A stretch of DNA of 64,000 bases from Cyanophora paradoxa CCMP329 (GCA_004431415.1 QPMI01000179.1:124001-188000); one strand, 5' to 3'. Positions 1 to 11,127 are shown, counted from the stretch's first letter. Numbers and translations: made by a program. The notes: generated by a model from the letters alone, not told the origin.

Positions 1-3000
1 ACAAGTCTGGAGAGCGCATCGGCATCGGCATTCGACTTGCCGGGCTTGTACTGAATTTCGAAATTGAACGGTTGCATATCTAAAACCCAGCGAGTGATCC
101 GAGCACTCGGCAAATTCTTTGCCGCCTTGAAATACTGGAGAGCAGAGTGCTCTGACTTAATAATAAATTTCTGTCCGCGTAAATAATGAGAAAACTTTTT
201 AGTCACTGCCCACCAAATCGCATACAACTCCTGTTCAGTGACCGTCCACTTCTGCTGCTCCTCAGTGAGAGGTTCAGCCGCATACTCAATAACAACTTCC
301 TTATTCCATTTCTTCTCCGCTGATGTAAATTTGTGAGAAGCAAATTGCACAAACTTTTCATTTCCAGATGAGTCCACCTGGGAGAGAACTGCCCCCACTC
401 CAACTTTTGAGGCGTCAGTCTTCAAAATGAAAGGCTTGCTAAAATCAGGGAGTGCCAGAATAGGCGCTGAACACAAAATCTCCTTCAATTTTCGAAATGC
501 AAGGTCCTCCTTGGGACTTCAATAGAAATGTGTGCCTTTGGAGCACAAATCATGAAAAGGTGCCGCAATCAAGGCACAACCCATGATAAGAATTCTATAA
601 TATCCTACCTTACCTTAGAAAGTACGAACTTCAGATATAGATCGTGGAGTCGGAAATTTCCGAACTGCCTCCACTTTAGCCTTGGAGGGCTTGATTCCTT
701 TTCTAGTAACTGTAAATCCTAAATATTCCAGTTCAGCCTTGAAAAACTTCGATTTCTTGGGCTTGAAGAACAAATTAGCCCTCCTCATAGCATCGAAGAC
801 CCACTGAAGATCAGCAAGGTGCTGCTTCAGGGATTTTGAAAAGACACAGATGTCATCAAGGTAAACCAGAATGAAAATATATAGATAAGTTCCAAATACA
901 CTATCCATCATAGTCTGAAAAGTGGCCGGCGCAGTCTTGAGCCCTTGAGGCATAACATTCCACTGAAACAGTCCAATGGGAGTCCTGAAGGCGGTCTTCT
1001 CCTTGTCTTCCTCCTTCATTTCAACTCCACAATAGCCGTCCGGCGCATCCATAGCTGAAATATATATAGAACCTGTTAAAGCTTCCAAAGCATCATCAAT
1101 TCGAGGAAGGGGATAAGCATCATCCATAGTAACGGAATTTAACTTCCGATAGTCAATGCAAAACCGCAAAGTTCCATCCTTCTTGCGCACAAGGACCACT
1201 GGGGCAGCCCAAGGCGAGCGAGAGGGACGAATTAAATTGCGACTCAACAATTTCTTGGTCTCATTGACGATTAAATCCTGCTCCTGTTGAGAGTGTCTGC
1301 GAGGAGGCTCAGCAATAGGAGGAGCATCACCAGTGTTGATAGCATGCTTGACAGGCAGATGAGGCCCATCAGGATCATAAGGCGGTAACTCAGCCTTAGC
1401 TCGATCCAAATTTCCAGCAAGGAAATCCAGCATAACTGCACGTTCGTCAGCCTTGTCCTCAGGGCTGCCAACGTCAACACTTTTAAGAAAGTCCAAAACA
1501 TTTTGTCCAAATCGCTGGCGAATCCTCGTGAATAAGTTCGGAGGCATTTTCTATGGGAACTGCATGTAAATTCGAGAACTGCTTCAATCTATCATCAAGG
1601 GGATAGGTGAACTCTGGGAGTCCATAAGAAAACTCAGATTTTTTAGAATCCAAATTCGCATCCAAATTCGAAGATTGAGGTCTAGCTTCTGGACTAGCTT
1701 CTTTCTTCGACTTGACAGTTGAATTAATCTTGGCATCGGTAGAGCCGACTTGGATTGAGTCTGCGCAGGCGTACTCAGAGGTGTATGTTTGCGCTGAAGG
1801 GGGAACTTCTTTTGGTTCCACTTCCTTCACATACTCTCCTTTCCCCTCCTGATCGTAACTCAATTTAATTCCAAGGTCGTGCAATTCGGCGTCGAAACGA
1901 AATTCAGGAATAAATGTAGCAAGTCTCACGCCTTTTCTCAGAAGGACTGGCTTCTCATCAAAGCGATTGCTCAAATTCGAAACCAATCCACCAACTCTAC
2001 CTCCACGACACTTCGTCGGTCCGGCCGCTAAGCGGACCTCCGGATTGTCGTCCCATGTGAAAAACTCTTTGAGAAAACCATCGCAGTCCGGCACATAATG
2101 ATTGCCACGGACTTTAAACTCTACAAACCGCTGAACTCCAGGCTCAATTTTAGCATCCTTGGCAACTTCCAAAACAAATCCATAGTCCTCAACAACTCTG
2201 CAATTGCTGGAATTAGTTGAGGGAATATTGTCTTGAGCATCTTGCGAAGATGATGGCTGCTCTGATGCGCCACCCAGCACAGGAAGAACCTTGCACTGAA
2301 CTGGCTTGTCCGGAAATCGGGCGAAAGTCAAAGTCCGATCTGTAGGTCCAACATTCGCATAAGTGACTCCATTCTCGGAAAAGAAATCCTGGCCTAGAAT
2401 GCCATCGAGCGCATAACCAGGAAAATCCACAACAAGCAATGGAAAACTCTTGGTGAGCGGCCCAATTGTGGCCGATAAGCTGATCTCACCAGGAACAGTC
2501 ACAAGCGTCGAGTTTGGCAGCTTAACAGATGGAGTGAAATGGTTGCAAAACACTTTATGATGAAGTCCAAGTTGGGAAACAGTTTTTGAGAGGATAATAG
2601 AAACATCTGCCCCGCTGTCCAATAAGAAAGAGTAGGGTTTGCCGTGGATAATAACTTCCACAATCGATCTCCCTGGAGCCTGCACGAATCGCCGCTCAGC
2701 TGGAGCTTTATTGTGGGAGTCCAAGGAACAAATTTGCAATGAGGCACGGCCGTCGTCGTCGAAATTAATTCCAAGAGATACAATTTTTCGATGTCTTTCA
2801 AGTGGGAGAAAGTGTTTGCGCGAGTGCGAGTGCTCGCGAAGTCTTGAAGTAGCCGAAATGAAAGAACCAAAGTGGCCTCTCTCGAACTGTCCAACACTTT
2901 TTGAAACAAACACTTCTCGGGGAAGATCCCCTTTTCCACTCGAAATTTGTTGATCTAAACTACGCAAATGCGGCTGACCTTCCGGCGCATTGACCGGGAT

Positions 3001-3183
3001 TGTATCCAAAGAAGAAACTCCACAACTACTAGCATCTTTCTTGTCGTTGGCAACGATAGGGAAATTGGATGATTGGGAAACGTTGGATGGTGAAATAGAA
3101 GAAGAGGAAGAAGGATCGAAACAACTGCTGACTTGTTTTCCAATTCGCCGAAGAAATTCATTAAATGAAATCAAAGGAATCAA
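1..3183 (-). pseudogene. pol: pol of family A (aspartic protease, RT, RNase H), several frameshifts
   Basis: LLDSGAD, ILGQDF, YPLPRID, YLDD, ADALSR motifs split over several frames. Confidence 0.92.
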
Positions 3184-3227
3184 ATTACACAGTCCAATAA
3201 CAGCTGCTCCGAAAGTGGCTGGTTTAG

Positions 3228-3276
3228 ACGCCGCCCCAGCCTGGCGGGCAGAAACAGGCTGGTTTAGGCGTTTTTC
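3228..3276 (-). promoter_or_regulatory. Putative -1 ribosomal frameshift signal at the gag-pol junction
   Basis: G_AAA_AAC just before the gag stop, 7-nt spacer, 8-bp stem CCAGCCTG/CAGGCTGG; -1 frame is open into the protease ORF. Confidence 0.6.
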
Positions 3277-4467
3277 GGGCGGGGCTGCGAACCGCCCCGA
3301 CCCTTAGGGTCAGAAGAAGACCCATGGCGCTCAACGGAGCGACCGCGATCACCACCACCAGAATAATGTCCAGAATCATGAGAATCGCGCTGGGTATAGT
3401 GCCCACGACCGCGACCTCCATATCCTCCACGTCCAAAATTATAATTACCGCGCCAAGAGTCACCCTGGGGGCGAGAACTCACTTGGCGACCAATCTGATC
3501 CAACTTATCAAGAACTGCATTATTTGTGCGCTTAATTTCAGAGCGCAAATCATCAATCTTCTCATCTACTTTCAATCCAAAACTTTTCAATTTCTCATCC
3601 ATCAAATATTCTACTTCAGACTTAGTCATGAGAGAAGAGGAAGAACCAGAGCCACGCTCTGTAGTAAGAGACGTGAAACCCAGGTCTCCCTTGGAATGAG
3701 AGCCCGCTGCAGAGTCCTGCAATTTCTTCTCCCAACAACTGTTTGAGTCTGAAATACAATTTCTGTTTATTATTCAATTCCAAAGGCAAATCTCCAGGCA
3801 GATTCAATTCATTCCAAATATCCTTCATTACTACATCCTCAGTCAAATCGCGAGAGTTACACTCCTCAGCACGCTTGAACTTCTCCATGGCAAAAGTCAC
3901 GAAGGGAACAATCGCACCAAAGGTGAGGCAAGCGAACTGATAGGTGTAGTTCCAATACAACTTATTTGTCTGGCTTCGCACTGCATTGTACAAGAAATGG
4001 GCAGAAAATCTCGCAACAAAATCCGGCCAGTCAGCAGACTGCAGGACCTCTGGGCAGAAATCCTGAGCTGGACCAGTCGAAAAACAATTAGAGATTTTCA
4101 TGCGAAGCTGAGTCCAAATATAATCATGATTGGCCTGAGTCTGGGCGACCCAAGTGTTGACGGCCAACTCATCATTTGCATTGGGAATGATGTCCACCGA
4201 AACGAAAAGCCGACGAAGCTGAGACAGGAAACGATTCGGTGCATTTGAATCAAAAATAACTAAATTGCTGGTCTTGATGAACGCCTTAAGGACGTCCTGG
4301 TTAGGCGGTGGGGCACCCATTTCTTCAAGTTCAATATCGACAGAAACCCGGTCTTCTCCGTCCGAGTCGGCCAGTGCTTCGAGCACAACCCGACGAAGCA
4401 ATTCCGGAAGGAACGAGTCTATTACGACATCAAATATGGCAGAATCGCGACGGGTGAAACGATCCAC
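3264..4467 (-). pseudogene. gag: gag of family A (frameshift near 3700)
   Basis: Lies between PBS and protease; two overlapping ORFs; C-terminal FGRGGYGGRGRG, no CCHC knuckle. Confidence 0.75.
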
Positions 4468-4620
4468 TGTTTTTTTTGTACTGCGTTACACGCAATGCAC
4501 GTACGCTGCAACAGGAACACAAGCAGGACACCGATACATCGGCATTCCGCCGGAAAACACCAGAAAAAAAATAAAGAAATTCCGAAATCCACTAAGATCC
4601 ACAGAACGCGTGTTAAAATC

Positions 4621-4636
4621 CGCGGTATTGGCCCCA
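4621..4636 (-). promoter_or_regulatory. Primer-binding site of family A (TGGGGCCAATACCGCG)
   Basis: Starts TGG 2 nt after LTR end ...GGGACA; cognate tRNA not identified. Confidence 0.7.
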
Positions 4637-4638
4637 AA

Positions 4639-4815
4639 TGTCCCGTAGTACACTATGGGTTCACACGCTGATCTACCAGGACAAGTTCCTGGTCACCACA
4701 CTGTATTTCCACACAACACACCAACTGAGGGGCAAGCCCCCGTACATCAGGCTGATCTTGGGTACATCAGGGGGTACTAAGACACACTGACTTAGGCGAA
4801 CTACGCTTCAGCTCA
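4639..4815 (-). repeat. 177-bp LTR of family A (TGAGCTG...GGGACA)
   Basis: Same 177 bp at 45603-45779; boundaries supported by the TSD-flanked copy 45603-46007. Confidence 0.85.
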
Positions 4816-5069
4816 ACTCGCTCTGTAGTAAGAAAAGGCGACGTCCTCGCTCGCCAATAAGTGAAGAAAGAACTACTCAGTCCAAGGCGCCATCCTGGAA
4901 GCATGAACCATAATGCGAGACTTCAATTTAGGCGCATCGCGAGCCTTAGGTCCAACATACTCCACAAGGAAAGTAACACCTTTGCCATGAGAAACTTCCT
5001 TCAAGATAATCCAAGGGCCAGTGTAGCGAGGGGACAACTTGTCTGAACGACGAGTCGAAGACTCGTCCT
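4816..5069 (-). mobile_element. Integrase C-terminus (GPY/F motif) and 3' region of an upstream tandem family A copy
   Basis: KLSPRYTGPW...VHASRMAPW* directly precedes the LTR. Confidence 0.85.
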
Positions 5070-5690
5070 GGACCCACCAAGTCCGCCTACTCAAATCCCA
5101 GCTCCAATCTGCAATCTCGATCCTCACCACAAAAAAGATTACCATTCACGAGTTCCAAGTGATCTTACACCGGGTTCTCTTCCCTAAACTGTCATACCTT
5201 TTTCGCATCATGACTTTAACGCCATCCCAATGCCAGTCCCTCGATGCTGTCTGGCTCACCGTGGCTAAACATACTGCCAACTTGGCCCAATCCGCCTCCA
5301 CGGCTGCATTCTCTTCAATCTATCGCCTTCCCTCAATAGCAGTCATCCAACGCCGACAGCAGTGCGTCAACGAGCGCCTCCGCCAGGAACTAGCCTCCCA
5401 CACATCATCACTCTACGGCCAAATATACCGACAACGTGTCCTCAACACCCAGGCCCGATACGGGCTCCCCCTTCTTCCACACGAATATCCGAACCTCCCC
5501 TCGGGGCCCCTTACACTACAGAAAAATATTACGCTTGCCATCACGGCAGACCTGACCTCCACCTCCCATCACATCCTCACAACGTGCGACTCCTAGACAC
5601 ACGGCCTCCCCTCCCGCCGGTCCCATCTTCGACGAGAATATATTATATCAACGCAATTGTCGCCCCTCACCCTCCAACATGCCGGTCAGC
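5070..5690 (+). mobile_element. LINE ORF2 fragment (post-RT region), copy of 20171-20790
   Basis: High nucleotide identity to the LINE at 19870-23563. Confidence 0.9.
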
Positions 5691-5940
5691 GATATAGGCC
5701 AGGTACACTTCTCGAGTCAGTTAAAAGGTCGGGATCTTTTCCGGGCATCATGATCAATTCTCATGAACACCATGACCAATGCATGCATGGGTGCTGAGAT
5801 GCTCACTGCGAGCCATATTAAAACCTAGGGCCCATATCTCATACACCCCTGAGCATGCTGTTGAGCGTTCTCGAGGGAGCTGGATTTGATTGTGAAGTCG
5901 GTTTAAGACAATTGCGAGTCTGTGCTGCCTTGCAAATCGG
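5691..5940 (+). repeat. Partial ~346-bp satellite monomer
   Basis: Matches the 32025-35803 unit (gatataggccaggtacac...gcaaatcgg). Confidence 0.9.
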
Positions 5941-5965
5941 CTTCAAAAAATTCTCGGTTTCACGG

Positions 5966-8209
5966 GTACCCCCCCGGTTGGCCATCGGCCCCATTTCTGG
6001 CCTCTGGCCCACATACCTCTCGCCCCGTGTGCACGGGTGCGCTCTTTACGCAGATCCTGGCCGCCAGCTGCGCGCTTAGACGCCGATTTGTGGCTCGCCC
6101 AGCCAACGTTCAAATCTTTCCATCTCGGACAATCCTGACCTTTGCTCCACTGTACGCAGCTTTTAGAATGTCCGCCAATCCGCCCCGTGCTCCGGGGCAG
6201 CGCCGCCAGCAGCAGGGACCGCCGCCGGCTCCCCGTGCACTTGAGGGTTCTGTGGAGGTTGCCGACTTCTTCGCTGTTGATGCTCAGTCACCATGGCTTT
6301 CGGGCAATTCCCGCGTCCCTGACTACCACCACCTTCCTCGCGTCCGTGAGTTTGCCGCGTTCATGATTGGCGGCCTGCCCAAGGCAAGATTGGCGGCCTG
6401 CCCAAGTACATGCATGTTCAGACTGTCCTTGCCGATGTGCTTCGCTCTTGCAAGCCCTTCGATGATGTCTCCGTCGCCATGCGCTTCTGTATCCAGGAAG
6501 GTGTCATCGTGAATGAACCTGCAGACTTTGGCCGTGACCTCCCTGAATCTGTCCGCCTCTCGGCCTTCCAGAACCGCCTTGCTCCCATCAATTCCATGTT
6601 CTCTCAGCACCCATGGTCCTCCTCCGCGAAGCACGGCTTTGTTAAGCAGTCCACTTCTCAGGATTCCTATAGTGGTGCTACCTTCAATGCTTTCACTTAT
6701 CAGTTTTACTTTCGCTCAGTTGTTGGTGGCTTTGGCGCCTATTTAGCTCATCATCGTACCTTGTCCTCGATTTTCAACTGTACTCCAATTTCTCACCCGG
6801 CTCGTACCATGCTTTCGACCCTCACTCCTTTGCAGACCAAGCCCCATTTCCTTCAAGCATATGATGTCTTTTATGGCCTTAAGACTGTTGGTGTCTCTGA
6901 TGTGGTAGACCAATTTTTCCCGATCGAGCTTTCTTATTATCAATCTGTTCTCCGTACTACCCCTGAGTCCTCAAATGGTGCTGGCCCCTCTGGTGCTAAG
7001 CCACCCCGCTTCCTCATTCGCCTTGGCGCCCAAGCCTTCCTGGCTGAACTCAAAACGATGGCACTTAACCTTTCCAAGCCAGATTGTGTCTTCATGTCGT
7101 CGCTTCCTGTTGAGTGTGTAGAGCTGAATTCTGAGAACACCATCCCCTTCAATCCCTTCAAACTCGCTGGCTTGGATAAGTCCATTCCTTCTCCAGTTTT
7201 TCTGGAAGCTGCCTTTACTCAGCCTGTACTTGATATGGTCGCTAAGACCACTTTCACTGGCTCTGGCTCCTGCTATGATCTTCTTTGTCGCCCTGAGCTC
7301 GGTGATTTCCCTGCTGCTCATACCGATCGTGCTCATCTTAGTCTCATTTTGAAAGTGCCCTTGGCTTCTATGCTCTTCCAGAGCCTCGAGCGTCGTACTA
7401 GTTTCATCAAGCCTCGGCCCGCTCGGCCCCTCGCCATGCGTTCCCTCATGATTCTTGGCTCGGGTAACTACATTCACAAATTTTATGTGCAGACTCTTCT
7501 TCCTGAGTACTCTTCTCTTGAGTATTATTCCTCTCTTGCTCACAATGGCAAGGCTCTCGATCCTTCTTCTTACTCTTTTGCCTCTACCTCTCCTTGCTAC
7601 CAGATCCCTTGCCAGGAGCCTGACAAAAATTACAGCATTCTTGATGTCGATGAGCACACCTTCTTGTACCACTTCCATCAGGATCCCATGTTTTACTTTT
7701 TGCCTGCCTCTGTGCGCCCCCCCCTCGATGCTTTTTATGATGAGGCTCGCAAGCAGCTGGCCCTTGAGAAATCGTTTTCTGATTCATTTGAGGAAGGTCA
7801 GCATCTCGATGGCACTGGCCGTAGCCCTAGTGCTAAGCGTTCTCGCCCCTCTGATCCCTCTACTCCTTCTGGTTCTAATGACACAATTGTGTAATTTTCT
7901 TCTGTACTTCTAATCTTGAATGATTGTCTTCGGTTTCCCTCTCTCCCGTCTTCCCTAACACCCTGTCTGGCCTGTTAGGGAGCAGGTCAGTTCAGGAAGT
8001 TAGGGCTTTTTCTTTGCATGGGGACCCTACGGCCCGGGTAGGGACTTTGTGCAGCTTGTCTTTCGCAGGTTCTCGAGAGCATCTCTCATCACTACCCACG
8101 CTAGTGGGTCCCTGACGGAGCCTTGCAAGCTCCTTTAGGGGCCTCTGCGGTTCTGTCATACCCAGTCTTGCTGGCGTGGGCGTGTCTTTTACTTGCTCTC
8201 TCTCTCTCT
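5966..8209 (+). mobile_element. Non-autonomous, single-ORF (RT-less) non-LTR retroposon with (CT)7 tail and 9-bp TSD
   Basis: GTTTCACGG at 5957-5965 and 8210-8218; rejoined flanks resemble family A pol; 3' motif shared with inserts at 26461 and 42450. Confidence 0.75.
6168..7894 (+). pseudogene. Orphan ~567-aa ORF (possible ORF1/RNA-binding protein), broken by a 23-bp-period duplication
   Basis: GATTGGCGGCCTGCCCAAG at 6365-6383 and 6388-6406; removing 23 nt fuses ATG 6168 with the 494-aa ORF 6410-7894. Confidence 0.7.
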
Positions 8210-8218
8210 GTTTCACGG

Positions 8219-8861
8219 CGTTCCCATTTTGCGAATTCATGATATTATTTATCAAGAGGTTGAACAGCGGTATGGCCCTGAAGTTGCCTAATTGTTGCGA
8301 GAAATTAAAAAGATTGGAGATGAAAATGAATAGCCTGAGAAATATGCTGCTATGCATGATTTTATGCTTGGAAACATTTCTGCTGCTAAACCCAGCACTC
8401 CTAATTACAGTCCTCTTGAGCCTCACCCACCTATTATGCATAATATCAACACTGGAGATGCCAAGCCTATTGCTGAGCCCCCACGGCGACACTCCCAACG
8501 TGTACGTTCCGCCAGAATATTCTTTTCTCCGTCCCGAGTGGGGGCAGGAGCTCGCACCGGAAAGGGCTTAAAGATTACGCGAAAACATTTTCTAACCTAT
8601 ATGGTAGAGAGATGCCACGCAAGCTGCTGTCGCCCGAAGAGCGAAAGACATGGGACAAACATTTGCCTTTCGCACTTCTCCCTGTGCGCAATTATAAAAA
8701 CCCTTCAACTGGTAACACTCCTTTCGAAATGGTTTATGGACGGCCTTGTGTGTTGCCGACGGATTTGTTGGTGACTCCTGAACTTGTTCTGGATCCCACT
8801 GATGCTGGTTCATACCCGCAGCAGTTGGCTCGCAGATTTTCACAGATTTATTCTGATATCC
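8219..8861 (+). mobile_element. Degraded gypsy pol fragments (pre-RT HNINTGDAKPIAEPPRRHS; integrase WDKHLPFAL..TGNTPFEMVYGR)
   Basis: Translations paralogous to family A pol and to the integrase core end. Confidence 0.85.
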
Positions 8862-9847
8862 AAGGTTCTTGTTTGGGGTCAGTGCTCCCCCTGTTGGCCC
8901 CCAAAAATTCACAGGGGTCCACATCCATACAAATCAGTGGGCAGGGAGCCCTGGTTTGATTCAGAGCACTCTGTAAGGTTTGGATTATGCAAATGTGTGC
9001 CTCTTTTTGGGGTTCTTGTTTGGGGTCAGTGCTCCCCCTATTGCTCCCCAGAATCTCACAGGGGTCCCCACCCACACAAAACAGTGTGCAGGGAGCCCTG
9101 GGGGGTTCCAGAGCACTCTGTAAGGTTTGATTTATGCAAATGTGTGCCTCTTTTTGGGGTTCTTGTTTGGGTTCAGCGCTCCCCCTGTTGTCCCACAAAA
9201 CCTCCCGGGGTCCCCACCCACACAAAACAGTGGGCAGGGAGCCCTGGGGTGCTTCAGAGAACTCTGTCAGGTTTGAATTATGCAAAAGGGTGCCTCTTTA
9301 AGGGTTCTTGTTTGGGGTCAGTGCTCCCCCTGTTGTCCCCCAAAAATTCACAGGGGTCCCCATCCATACAAATCAGTGGGCAGGGAGCCCTGGGGTGTTT
9401 CAGAGCACTCTGTAAGGTTTGGATTATGCAAATGTGTGCCTCTTTTTGGGGTTCTTGTTTGGGGTCAGTGCTCCCCCTATTGCTCCCCAGAATCTCACAG
9501 GGGTCCCCACCCACACAAAACAGTGGGCAGGGAGCCCTGGGGTGCTTCCGAGCACTCTGTCAGGTTTGAATTATGCAAATGGGTGCCTCTTTTTGGGGTT
9601 CTTGTTTGGGGTCAGAGCTCCCCCTTTGCTCCCCAAAATCTCACAGGGGTCCATGTCCATACAAAACAGTGGGTAGGAAGCCCTGGGGGGTTCCAGAGTG
9701 AATGGGTGTCTCTTTTTGGGGTTCTTGTTTGGGGTCAGTGCTCCCCCTGTTGCGCCGTCCAAATTTCACAGGGATCCCTGTCCACACAAAGCCGTGGGTA
9801 GGAAGTCCTGGGGGGTTCCAGAGCACTCTGTCCAGTTGGCATGAGGG
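8862..9847 (+). repeat. ~147-bp satellite block (forward orientation)
   Basis: GGTTCTTGTTTGGG recurs at 8864, 9011, 9158 etc. Confidence 0.97.
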
Positions 9848-9889
9848 GTCTGCTCCGAGCCACCGCTGCTCTACACCTGCCTCACGCAG

Positions 9890-10290
9890 GGTGCAGCGGC
9901 CGCGGCTGTTCGACGGGCTTCTGTTCTGCTTGTGGGGCACATTCAAAGACCTGGTGAACAAGCAGAACGAACCCCCGTGGAAGAGCATCATCGAACTAGT
10001 TGAGGGCGCTGGTGGCTCAGTCCTGCATCTTGCAGCCAATGAGACCTATGCCACGGGCTGCATACTGCAGTGTCAATGCCCCCGGGACCTATGCCACTCG
10101 GTGCAAACGGCAGTGACGGCTGCTTACATTGTATGGTCCCGGGAAACGGTGCGGGCTGAGGGCGCCATGGATACCGAGGAGCTGCTGCGGCCCTTCCAGC
10201 TGGAGCCCCAAGTGCAGGAGCTCTTCAAGACCGCACACGTCGTCACCTCCAAGTGGCTCATCGACTCCATCTCCTGCTACGCCCTTTGCA
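9890..10290 (+). pseudogene. BARD1/BRCA1-like C-terminal BRCT domain fragment
   Basis: PRLFDGLLFCLWGTFK...IIELVEGAGGSVL...VVTSKWLIDSISCY matches the second-BRCT pattern; candidate acceptor CAG at 9887-9889. Confidence 0.75.
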
Positions 10291-10294
10291 CCGA

Positions 10295-10625
10295 CACCGC
10301 CAACTGCTCTACCTCATCATCTGCGACGCAGTCCGCCTGAGGAGGACACCCGACTGGTGGAACAAGGTGACAACCGTCGGAATCAGCAAGATCCTGACGT
10401 GGGATGGAAAACTGAAGAACGTACGACCCATCACACTGCTCGAGGTGGGGGACAAGCTCATGAAGGGGATACTGGCGGACCGCCTCCAGGACATGCTCGT
10501 GAAGCAAGGCGCGCTCAAGGGCCAGAACTCGGGTTTTCTGAAAGGAAAAACGACGGAGGACCCCCTCTTTATCCTGCAGGGAATCCTAGAGGACGCGCAC
10601 CAGGACGACAATCAGGAGGTCCGTG
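10295..10625 (+). mobile_element. LINE RT N-terminal fragment (second family)
   Basis: PDWW..NVRPITLLEV..KGQNSGF..STT-like KTTEDPLFIL..ILEDA. Confidence 0.85.
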
Positions 10626-10642
10626 TGGCAAATGGATCCAAA

Positions 10643-10830
10643 ACAATAAACTAGAGATACAACACCCATTCTCCTCATGTGAACCTGACAGAGTGCTCTG
10701 GAACACACCAGCACTTCCTACGTACTGTTTTGTGTGGAAGGGGACCCCTGTGAATTTTTGGGGGACGACAGGGGGAGCGCTGACCCCAAACAAGAAACTA
10801 GACTAGAAATAACGACACCCATTCTCCTCA
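10643..10830 (-). repeat. ~147-bp satellite fragment (reverse)
   Basis: Reverse complement of the satellite consensus. Confidence 0.9.
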
Positions 10831-10968
10831 CGCTTGCCCCGTAGTTCTCAACTCACCACTCTTTCACTGTGTAGCGAGCACGAGCGGCCTGCGTTTGAAG
10901 GACGTGCCATCCACGTTCGCTGCCGATGCTAAAGGCATGCCTTGCTCTGGCCGAAGTCATGGGGCCTT

Positions 10969-11047
<79 letters not shown>

Positions 11048-11090
11048 CGAGCGAGAGAGAGAGAGCGAGAGAGAGCGAGCGAGAGAGAGC

Positions 11091-11127
<37 letters not shown>

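Larger units (their letters stand above)
1..4815 (-). mobile_element. Ty3/gypsy LTR retrotransposon family A (LTR, PBS, gag, protease, RT, RNase H; runs off left edge; frameshifted)
   Basis: Minus strand order: LTR 4815-4639, PBS, gag ORFs 4467-3622 and 3722-3264 (RGG-rich end), protease FLLDSGAD (3183-1483), RT (SPWAAPVVLVRKKDG..RFCIDYRKLN..VYLDD, 1547-615), RNase H remnants ending KPGKSNADADALSRL at ~1-50. Confidence 0.95.

Noticed and set aside
1900-2190. dUTPase domain between protease and RT
   Set aside because: Only a faint fold-like pattern (also at 29230-29490 and in B, C, D); catalytic motifs (RSG, GxIDxxY) are absent
6971-7678. 235-aa antisense ORF and other antisense ORFs in pol genes
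   Set aside because: Shadow frames of biased-codon sense ORFs with no motifs
8068-8095. Hammerhead ribozyme on the minus strand (GTGATGA-stem-GAGA)
   Set aside because: Core requires CUGANGA and GAAA; two invariant positions mismatch and stems I/III are not evident
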